From Jimgerdemannia flammicorona (Eukaryota), in assembly GCA_003990765.1 (NCBI GenBank), contig RBNJ01000348.1, positions 1 through 32,425 on the forward strand: a DNA stretch of 32,425 nt. The letters run 5' to 3'. Below the pieces are notes generated by a model that saw only the letters and a list, made by a program, of their open reading frames with translations, searched no databases and was not told the DNA's origin. Within the stretch, counting starts at the first letter, position 1, and each line of letters begins with the position of its first letter. The position numbers and the translations under genes were made by a program. This document shows positions 22,435 to 32,425 of this stretch, in pieces.

Positions 22435-22548
22435 ACTTAGTGCCCATTGGCTGGTAATTCAAGATGAATTCCTCACTTTCAAGCTGAATAACAAACAACT
22501 GCCACTACCCAAACAACCATACAAACTGAGCCCCAATACCCAGACAAG

Positions 22549-24245
22549 ATGGATATGAGACCACCAGTATTCTATAGATATACCTCAGACAAATCAATCA
22601 TCACCTTTATTGATGATTTTGAGCAGTATGCTGCTGTAAGGACCCTGACAGCAGTACAGCAAGTAGCCCTCATGCCCTTCAGCCTACGAGGTCCTGCCAG
22701 AGCAGTATTTACAGCTGCAACCCATACAGAAAATGATGCTGATGCTATACTGACAGCATAGAAGACCTGGCTCTGAAATACATATTATATAGATGAGATC
22801 AAGCAAGCCCTAAAGGATCAGCTCAATACAACATGCCAAGGAATGAGCAAGGATCCAAATACATTCTCTACCAGAATTCAATATCAGATAATCCTTGCAG
22901 ATTATGCTGCTGCTATCCGAGATCAAGTAGCCGAAGCAACCTTCATAAAAGGAGTCCATCTGGAAATAGCCATGGCTATTCACTCATCACCAGTAATTCT
23001 GGATCTGCCACAAAAGGTCACCTATGCTCAGCGATACTGGATAGCCAGACACCCACAAGACTATACAATGGAGAGAGTTACAGGAGTCAGAATCGAGACA
23101 CCTAAGTCAACCAGTGTGATCCCCACCATAATGATCAATCGAAACACACCTCAGCCAAAAGCTACAGAGTAGCAAAAGAACAGTGACCCTATGGAGGAAC
23201 TCACCAAAAGGTTTACTGAAATGACATGTAGTAAAGGAAATCCGAGAAAGAGATCGCCGTCCTGTTCAGAAGTTTGTGGCCACTTTAGATAAGAAGAAAG
23301 GTATCTGCTATAGCTGTGGAGAAGAAGGCCACTACTCCTATGAATGCATGAGCGAAATCAAGCACAATGCTCAACCAAGCAATACTATATGAAATAAGGA
23401 GCAGGCCAATACAATCACCTTTGAAGAAATTGGAGATTCTGATGAAGAAGAATGGGAGGCCTATCCTGCTCAGACTACTAAGAAGGATGTTCGCAAACAA
23501 CCCTACAAGAGACCGCCAGGAAGACCCAAGAAGAACTCAGTGGAAAAGCGGATGGAAACTGCCACAGAAAGCCAAGCCGAAGAGATGGACCAAGATATAG
23601 AGCTAGAGCAAGCAGTTCAAGATATCATCCGAGGAACCACTCCAGCCAGTGAAGGAGAAAAAGAAAAGAAGCTTTGCAAGACCAAGATCTTCAAGTATGA
23701 TATCTCAGTCAACAAAAGGTCAATGCAACCTTTGGTCAGCTTGCAGAAATCCCAACATTCAGACAGCAAATGAGGTTTGGACTTGTCGAAACAACTAAGG
23801 AACAAGGATGGAAGATAACTGAGGCCAATAATGCTCAAGAGGACTCAGGAGAAGAAAGTAAGGACAATTGCAAAACCTCCGCTTATGCAATATGCCAAAT
23901 CAAGGATAGAATCTTTGAAGCCATCATTGATATAGGAGCAGGAGGATGTCTCCTCAGTAAGAAGGCAGTGGACTGCCTAGGTTGGGATGTAGAAGAAGCA
24001 ACTAAGCTAGTATTCGTCACAGCTGATGGCACAAGAGCCACACCTCTGGAAAAGATCCAAGATGTTCCCATCAAGATTGGAGGAGCAACTATCCCAGTAG
24101 ATGTAATTGTAACCAATGCCACCAACTATGACATCCTCATTGGCAATTAATGGCTTCACAAAGCCAGGGCAGTAATTGATCTCAATGCCCAGAAGATGCA
24201 AATCACCTACTGGGGACAGAAGATATGAATTCCCATCAATGTCAA
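22549..24245 (+). pseudogene. gag: Element C gag and protease
   Basis: Homologous to B gag. Knuckle CYSCGEEGHYSYEC (~23306); protease motifs AIIDIGAGG and YDILIGN. Confidence 0.9.
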
Positions 24246-24345
24246 TAAAGGAGTCTTGCCTGATATGGAGGAAGAAGAGAGTGAGCAAGAGGAAGCTTAT
24301 ATAGTGACCACTCCAAAGAAGTAGAAAGTTGGATGGATGAGTGAA

Positions 24346-24450
24346 GAAGAATAGTACAAGAAGATTGTAAAAGGTTATGCCCCACAAGGAGTCTGTCCTC
24401 ATGGGATTAAGATGTACTATATGGAGCATATCAATGATTGCTACCAGTGT
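24346..24450 (+). other. Element C small Cys/His module (putative zinc finger), best-preserved copy
   Basis: EE*YKKIVKGYAPQGVCPHGIKMYYMEHINDCYQC. Confidence 0.75.
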
Positions 24451-24579
24451 ACCATCGGAATCAAGAAGATCCACCAGGAAAGAAGGCAGAAACCCCTCGA
24501 AAAACAGATCAGGGAAGAAGAGAAGGAGGAAGATGATAAACCACCAGCTCTTCTAGAGGATAGTGACAATGAAGAAGAA

Positions 24580-24996
24580 ATCAAGATCAAGATTCGAAAG
24601 ATCCACCCTGATGCAGTCCTACCAGAATACAAGTCAGAAAATGCAGCCAGAATGGACATCACTATAGTAGAAGAGACTATACTAGAACCCCAGACAACTA
24701 CCCTACTTGCAACTGGACTAGAAATAACCATTCCAAAAGACCATGTCGGGATCCTCAAGACAAGAAGCAGCCTGGCCAGAAGTGAAATTACCATCGAAGG
24801 AGGAGTCATCGATTCAGACTATACTGGAGAAATTCTGCTCATTGCCAGGAATCACAATTCTACAATTTCATTCCCAGTCAAGAAGAAGGACTGATTGGCA
24901 CAGATGTTGATCTTCCCAATCATACAACCAAGGATCATAGAAGTCAAGAATCTAGAGGAAACGAAAAGAGGAAAGAAAGGATTCAGATCCACAGGA
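24580..24996 (+). pseudogene. dut: Element C dUTPase domain (between PR and RT)
   Basis: AARMDI, TRSSLA, GGVIDSDYTGEI, AQML and RGKKGFRSTG. Confidence 0.95.
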
Positions 24997-25184
24997 AGAG
25001 GAGTATTTGCCAGCACCAAGATCACTGAACTCAAGCATAAGAAGGAGGAAAACACAAGCAAGCACAGCTACACCATTGGAAACGAATTTCTACTCAAGAA
25101 AGAACTTAAGAAAATACTCCATGAATTCGAAGATGTCCTTGCTACAGATTTCAAGGATATCAAAGGTAAGACCCCATACTACTA

Positions 25185-26518
25185 TCATGAAGTGGATACT
25201 GGAAACACTGAACCAATTTATCAGAAGACAAGACCTGTCCTGCCAGCCTACCGAGAATGGCTCAGAGAAGAAATCAAGCAGATGGAAGAAGCTGGCATTA
25301 TTAAAGAAGCCAGCAGCCCCTGGTCCTCATCTGTTATACTAGCCCTGAAAAAGGGCAGCAAGCCTGGAGAATTCGCCCCAAGACTCTGTGTTGATTACAG
25401 AAAGCTCAACATGGTTACCAAAAAGGATTGCCAACCACTGCCCCTCATCAATGACATCCTCATAACACTGGGAGATGAAGCACAGTACTATAGCACTTTG
25501 GACTTATACTCAGGATTCCACCAAATCGGACTCACAGACATAGCAAGTGAAAAGTCAGCCTTTATCACCCCAGATGGAACCTATGTCTACCTACGAATGC
25601 CATTTGGAATATGCAATGTACCAGCAAGTTTCCAGCAAATGATGAACAAAATCTTCTGCTATAACATGGGAAGATGGATGATGGTCTATGTTGATGATGT
25701 AATTATCTACAGCCAGACACCAGAAGAACACCTGCAGCACATCCAGCAGATAATGGAAAGACTGAGGAAGCATGGCCTATACATCAAGCCCAAAAAATGC
25801 AAATTCACAGAAATCGAGATCTTCTATCTCGGTCACATCATCAACCAAGAAGGAACACACATGGACCCCCCTCAAGATACAAGCAGTGGCAGCATACCTG
25901 AGACCCACCACTGTTACGGAAGCCCAAGCCTTCATAGGACTTGCCTCCTACTATCACAGATTTATTAGAGGATTTTCTAATATTGCAGGACCAATCTACG
26001 AACTTAATAAGAAGGATACCAAGTTCCAGTGGACTGGCAGACAACAAAAAGCATTTGATGAACTCAAGATCAGACTGACCCAGGCACCCATCCTCAGAAG
26101 ACCTGACTGAACTCAAGAATTCATCCTACAGACTGATGCAAGTACACAAGAACTAGGAGCAGTCCTAGCTCAAAAGAAAGATAAAGTAGAGTATGTCATT
26201 GCATACCTCAGTCACAGAACCCGAGGAGCTGAAAAAGAATATGAATCCTATAAGTTGGAATGCCTCACAGTCATCTGGGCCATAGAAAAGTTCCACTACT
26301 ACTTGGCTGGAAGATACTTCACCATCCAAATGGACCACTCAGCTCTCATCTAGTTACTGACAACTGGACAACCCAAAGGAATCTATGCCAGATAGATAAT
26401 GAAGCTATAAGCCTATGATGTAACCATTATACACCACTCTAGAAGAACAAATTCCAATGCAGATGCCTTCTCACAGACACCCCGAACTACCTTCAACCAA
26501 TAAATCAATCATGAATAA
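25185..26518 (+). pseudogene. pol: Element C reverse transcriptase and RNase H
   Basis: RLCVDYRKLN, LDLYSGFHQI, MPFG, YVDD, FILQTDAS, KLECL and NADAF. One frameshift near 25870. Confidence 0.95.
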
Positions 26519-27704
26519 GGAGCTCTACTATGGAATTATTACATATCTGGGATAGCAAAAGATGCCCCAATATCTGGAAGAATGGATACAAATGATTATC
26601 AACAGAACATGGAAACAATTCGAAACTGATGGAGAAATACTGAAGAAAGGAAAACTACTAGTTATACCAGAACACAAGAAGGAGCAAGTGATGAAATCAG
26701 TATACGAACTTGGCCACCTAGGAGGAACAAATACATATGACAAGACAAGAAGAACAATATGGTAGCCAGGGATGGAGGAAGATATCAGACAATTCGTCAA
26801 GGCCTGTAACAAATACCAGAAACAGAAATAAGACTAATGAAATCAAGCCCCAGGATCAGCACACATAGAACCAGTACTATTCGCCCACATTGCAATAGAT
26901 GTAATCGGCCCTCTACTCTTGACTTTGACTGGCAACCAATAAATCATCATCATTGTAGACCTTTTTACAAAATGGATAGAAGCAGGACCCCTTATGGAAG
27001 CCAATGTACAGTCAATTGCTGATTTCTTCCACAAAGAAATCATCTGCCAGTTCAAGACCCCAACACAAGTAACTACAGATAGAGGAACAGAATTTGTGAA
27101 CCAGTTCTTCGAAGTTCTCTACAAGAAGTACAAGATCCAGCATATTCGGACCACAGCATATCACTCTCAAGGAAATGGACAAGTAGAAAGAACCAACAAG
27201 ACTCTCAAGAATGTTATTGCCAAGATCTGCGATAACTATGAGAACTGGGATCACTATCTGCCAATAGTATTATCTGCTCTCCAGGATATCTGATCACAAA
27301 GTACCCACTTTACCCTTTAAGAAATGCTGTTCAGAGAAGAATGTTCTCAGGGAATCCTATCATCCAATAGAGATGCTGTATAGAAACATGTGGACATGGA
27401 AATATGGAGACTACACCAAATCAGGAAGAAGGCTGAGAATTACATAACCAAGGTGCAGACACTACAATGGAGGAATGTGGAAAAGACCCACAAACCCTTG
27501 GAGATTATCAAGATAGGAGACAAAGTCCTAGTGTATCGGAATATGGTAGAAGCTTCATGGTCATGAAAACTGGAGCCCAAGTGGGAAGGACCTTACCTTG
27601 TGCAAGATATAAAAGGGACCACCTTTTGGCTACGAAAACTCTCAGGCACAATAATCTCCACCACTATTTACTGAAACTGACTCAAGAAATATCATGGTCA
27701 GTAA
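26511..27704 (+). pseudogene. Element C integrase (separate +1 frame)
   Basis: MNKELYYG start, GHLG, IAIDVIGPL, TDRGTEF, YHSQGNGQVERTNKTLK and KLEPKWEGPY. Stop at 27702-27704. Confidence 0.9.
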
Positions 27705-27717
27705 CAAAAGTACTGTG

Positions 27718-28170
27718 ATGGTACTCAAGATCACTAATGCTGCCCAAAGAGCCATTGAGAGACAATGGTGCACCACCGAGCCTCCAACCATAGAGGAGTC
27801 CTATGACAGTATCCAAAGCATCGTGCAGACTCATCTCTCTCAGATCTCACACTTCAAGGCCTATTAGCATTAAAATGAATTCCAAGAGTACTTCAAACTT
27901 AGCCAAGTACTCAACTAAGACCCAGAAATGACCAAAGAAAACTGGATCACAGAATACCAGCTCTCCTATTCCCAGATTACCATTGCTAAGAGAATCCACA
28001 AGCTATTCTGAGAAGATGAACCTGCACTATCCCACCTGTGAGGAGTGACTCCCTCAGACTTTGACTGAGTCAGGCGACACCATTGGGAAACAGTAATGTA
28101 ACAAATTGCACAATACAAGACCATATAGACCATTGAAGCCTGGGAGTTTGAATAGATGCTTCAGGGATGA
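27718..28170 (+). pseudogene. Element C possible extra ORF between integrase and PPT
   Basis: MVLKITNAAQRAIERQW...IAKRIHKLF*EDEPALSHL*GVTPSDF reads in one frame but has nine internal stops. Confidence 0.5.
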
Positions 28171-28192
28171 GATTATCTATTCAGGAGGAAGT

Positions 28193-28638
28193 TGTGATGG
28201 TATAGCCAGATTCAGAAGAAGGAAATAGGGAATAGACACTTGATTGCACCCAGTCCCAAAGTAGTATAGCCACATAGTTAGCAGTCCCCAATTTCGCCAT
28301 TTGCTAAATATTTCGCAAAGTGCAAGATCAAGCCTCTTGATATAGTATAGCATTTCACAACTAGCAAAATATTTCGCAAAGTGTTAAATGACTCATAACT
28401 TAGCCATGTAACCCAGTAACCATCTCATAGCTAGCAAACTTGTATAAATAACCCAGTATCTTTGAGTGAATAAAACCTCAGATTGAAATAGTTCAAAGCA
28501 AAGAGATAGCAAAGGAACTAGTAAGCCTATAGGCAGATACACTTCAAACTCACCCACCCTCTCCTGCAACTTCAAGAGACTCTGCAAGAGTCAGAACAGT
28601 CAAGTTTTCAAGATACAGAAATCTGATGTACTTTCAAA
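28193..28638 (+). repeat. Element C 3' LTR, lacking the last ~22 nt
   Basis: Matches the 5' LTR up to ctttcaa. The terminal gagtaagcatccactatgttaca is absent. Confidence 0.9.
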
Positions 28639-28876
28639 GATTTCTTAGAGGAAATTCTCTAGCAGTGAATGATGTTAGAATCACTTCCAGTATATGGCAT
28701 CAAACACACAACCCTTTAATGTATGAATCTAACATGTTAGATAACTGTACTATAAATATGCTACTTTCTGAGAAAAATAGATATTACTAGACTTTTGACC
28801 ATCCAAATAGTATAACAATACTAGACCAAAATTAGAAGACCTTAATAAGGATATTGAAAGCTAAGAAGGAGAGAGT

Positions 28877-30892
28877 TATAAGTATACAATCTTCAAACTA
28901 CCAAAATCACACATCACTCTCTGAATAAATCTGGAAATCACATATAAGATCACAAAGCTAAGTCAAACTAAAGTCACAGAGTACAAAGCTGAGTCAACTT
29001 AAAGTTACAGAACATAAGATTTATACAAACAGACTCTTATCAATCAGAACTGAATGTATATATACTGAGTACTCAGATATATCAAAATAGAGAACTACAA
29101 TAAACTAAACAAACAACTATAACTCTTAAACATATATACAAATATGATAGCTGAGATCTGCAACTGCATCTGTACTAATATTTGGAATGCTATTATCAAC
29201 TGAGCTACATCTCCCCTACCCCTCATGAATATCCATAGCCTAGCACCTCTCTACTTCATAAAAGCCTGATGGAATATCCTAAACATGCTCAGTAAAGCTC
29301 ACTGAATTAGACAAATCTCAAGCTACTATCAGATCAGCTGTCTCCTAGAAGATATGGTCAAATATCACTATAATACAAATACATATTACCTAGATATCTC
29401 AATATCAGAAACTCATCATCTGCAAATACCAAGAACTTTTTTATGAGTATAGCACCTTTATTTCCCATCTTTAAGTCACTACCACTAAAATAATTGCCAC
29501 CCTATCTTATAACTAAATTGAGAATTTGATATAAGAACTCAATCTCAAATATATTAAGTATATCCAAACCATAGACAGAACCTTTCTACACCCCAATGAC
29601 TATATCCTGCAAATATCCCAAGTTGGATATGCTATAAAAGATATCTATAATATAATCTAGTTCAATAATGACAAAGTAGAAGATAATGATCCCTCTGATA
29701 CTGACATAACCTTCAGTCAAGGATTCCTGCCAGTCTTGATCACTCCACTAACTTTGTCAATAAACTTACAATAGTTTATAACTACCTATAAGACCTATTG
29801 GGATAATGACCACTGGTATAAGTACTAACCTACATTCACATCTGTCTACTTGAACTACAATGAAGAAACTGGAGAATATAACTTGTACCTCCAGACAACC
29901 CTTGAGATCAAACCAATAACTCTACTACCTAAGTATATATAATATATATAAAGAATAGCTACCAGCTTACTATAACCCAGTAATATATAGTGCTATAACT
30001 TATAGAAGATATGTGGATAGTGAATCCAATAAAAGTGAAGACAATGTACCTCTCCTTTACCCACCAACTCCATACTCAGCATATAAGACAAATGATATCC
30101 TATAGGATAGTGACATAGTTCTAATATATTATTACTAGAGTAAATAAGGAGAAGTAATTCAAGAACTACTCTTTCTAGACAACTACTTTATCAGAGATAA
30201 TATTATTGATAGTGATATCATCAAATTACTATTCAGACAGTATCTAAATCTAGCAGTTATGTATTAGTATAATTAAATTAGCCTTATATGATATAACTGT
30301 ATACTGACTCAGCAATCAGATAATCTCAATATATCAGTTCACACTTGTACTATGTGACTGTATTTTGACTCAGCAAGGTACTAAGTACTACATCTATATT
30401 TAGCATAGTCCAAATAGCCTCTCATTAGTATAAATACCCTCTCTCTAGATCTCAGAATCTCAGACTTAAACAATTGAAACATAACTCCTGAATTCTTCCC
30501 CATAATATCCCTTTATATAACTACTCCTAGTATAGCAATATCATGAATAGCAAATAAATCTATTTAATAATCTACAAATTACTCTTAAGTAAATCTGTAC
30601 TCTATTAGGTCCCACTCCTAACTATATTATAAAATTTTCTAATTGAGTATTATCTGTAGCAATATGCTAATTCAACTAAGTTGATCTTAGTTTCTTAAAC
30701 TTCCTAAAATATAGAAAATCCTGAACATCCAGAACTAGTCTAAAAAAGAACTTTAGTTAAGATATCAACAGAGGATGTACTTTATATGAAATTGATCTTG
30801 ATCTAAAGAAAACAGTCTTTCAGAATATCCAGAACTTCCAGAAAACCCTTCTAGAACTATGTAATGGTACTTTTATAAGTAACTCTCTTACA
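28877..30892 (+). repeat. Element D 3' LTR (2016 bp)
   Basis: Follows the PPT, starts TATAAG (TGTAAG in the solo copy) and ends ctcttaCA. Confidence 0.85.
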
Positions 30893-31274
30893 TTGGATCA
30901 TATATTACTGAGTTATCAAGAAAAACAGCTAACTTGCCAATTTTGAAAATTATTTGACTTACTGATTTTGGAAATTTCTTCAAAAGAACATTTTCCTTAA
31001 TAGCTTGGCAATATGTAATCTGATTTTAATATTCTTGATATCATTAGAAAGACCTTATTAAGGGCTTTCAAATGATATTAAGATTGTCAAAATTGGATAA
31101 TTATTCATTAAGTTATTGATATAAACATTTAATTGTCTAATTTGGAAATTAAAACAATAGTTGATTTGAATTGATCTAGATGGGATTTAAATCTCATCTG
31201 AGTTGATCCAGATGAGATTCAATCTGAATCTAATCTGAATCTATCTGGATTAAATTGACTCATTCAGAGTACTA
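30893..31274 (-). mobile_element. Terminus of a second hAT-like element
   Basis: Minus-strand end TAGTACTCTGAATGAG resembles TAGTGCTCTTAATGAA at 4491. gatc/gaatc subterminal repeats at 31160-31260. Confidence 0.6.
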
Positions 31275-31663
31275 CTTGGAATATATCTCTACAGAGTATA
31301 TGATTGCTAATTCACTTATAAAAGCTCTTCTAAAGCTAAAGTTCAAGCTATATATTAAAGAAATAGATCTTATGAGTAATATACCAGTTTAGTGGTTAAT
31401 CACAGGATACTTTTTGGGCTCTAAAAAACCTCTCTTACTGTATTTGTATTATTTATATCTATATTTTACATTCTTACTATATATATCTTTTATCTATAAG
31501 TAAATTTTTATAGGTATTTTAGATATTTCAAATATATTTTAGAATATTTTCTGATCTACAAAAATTTCTTAGATATAGGATTTTATAATAGTAATTCTGG
31601 GTTATATGCATTTCTAGTTTTTGTATATATTGTATTACTTTTTACTCTAGTTTGTATTTTTAC

Positions 31664-31665
<2 letters not shown>

Positions 31666-31726
<61 letters not shown>
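31666..31726. repeat. Poly-T tract (61 nt)
   Basis: Direct observation. Confidence 0.95.
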
Positions 31727-31727
<1 letters not shown>

Positions 31728-32217
31728 AGTTATATATCTTATTGAGCAGGAGTGTTGGGATGATAACTCAATATATTAATATATAACTTATATCATTCTA
31801 TCAGATTTATATCATTCATTAGTAATATATAAAATATATAACTTCAAAAACTTCAATAAATACTTCTCTCTTTAAATAAAGCTCAGAATATTTTTCTTAA
31901 AAATTTTCTAAAAAATATTTAAACTTATATAGTATTTTTTCAAATTACTTAAATCTACTAAAATATTTTAAATTTTATTATTATTTATTTTTTTATATAA
32001 TTTCTAAAATAATAATATTTTAGTCTAGTTTATTTAATTAGTTATATCTTTTTTTAATCTTTTTTATTATTTTTATAATCATTTAATATTTTTTAAATAT
32101 CTTCTCAATATTAAGCAATAGCTAAAATATTTTTATCTCTTTTTAATATTAAGTATCTTAGCTTAGCTAATTATATAATATTTTAGTTATTCTTAACTTA
32201 AACTTATTTTAATATTA

Positions 32218-32219
<2 letters not shown>

Positions 32220-32301
<82 letters not shown>
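32220..32301. repeat. Poly-T tract (82 nt)
   Basis: Direct observation. Confidence 0.95.
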
Positions 32302-32305
<4 letters not shown>

Positions 32306-32425
32306 ATTAATATTTTTCTAGATTCTCCTTCAGATCTTTCATAAATATTCTCTTTATCTTCTTAAATAAAGCTCAGTATATTGTTCTTTTAAAAAATCTA
32401 CAAAACTTTTTAATTTTTTGTATCT

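Larger units (their letters stand above)
21963..28638 (+). mobile_element. Element C: Ty3/Gypsy LTR retrotransposon with dUTPase, short LTRs, least decayed element
   Basis: LTRs at 21963-22434 and 28193-~28638, PBS at 22438, PPT aggaggaag at 28183-28191. Retains visibly more CpG than B or D. Confidence 0.95.
4492..30892 (+). mobile_element. Element D: old chromovirus-type Ty3/Gypsy LTR retrotransposon with dUTPase, host of several nested insertions
   Basis: Paired LTRs, PBS at 14222, order gag-ZnK-dUTPase-PR-RT-RH-IN-chromodomain, and PPT aagaaggagagag at 28863-28875. Confidence 0.85.

Noticed and set aside
27718..28170. env gene
   Set aside because: Too short, with no signal peptide or transmembrane segment.
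31666..32301. Poly-T tracts as LINE or retrocopy tails
   Set aside because: No TSD or adjacent LINE-like coding sequence. Homopolymers also occur in the hAT introns, and their lengths may be assembly-dependent.

Overview
Eukaryotic, AT-rich, strongly CpG-depleted window, most consistent with a fungal repeat block (organism not determinable here). It is almost entirely nested, decayed transposons with no intact host gene. The scaffold is an old chromodomain-bearing Ty3/Gypsy element D: 5' LTR remnant at 4492-4711 plus 13319-14218, and 3' LTR at 28877-30892. Four insertions interrupt D: a hAT transposon whose end at 4491 cuts its 5' LTR, a full-length Gypsy element B (4712-13318), a related solo LTR with a perfect CTAGT TSD (15826-17328), and a younger Gypsy element C (21963-~28638). 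A gag fragment of the C family opens the window. The most notable observations are: (1) all three retrotransposons encode a dUTPase next to the same unannotated C-P-H-x12-C-x2-C module, in mirror-image order in two distant lineages (PR-ZnF-DUT versus DUT-ZnF-PR); (2) the 1.5-kb LTR of B contains a reconstructable 278-aa ORF with its own TATA box, and the D-family LTRs carry swapped coding-like interiors; (3) B and C both encode integrase as a separate +1 ORF through a conserved ATGAATAA start/stop overlap; (4) decay is dominated by CpG and CpA transitions (RIP-like). All calls come from manual reading and translation, with no database searches.
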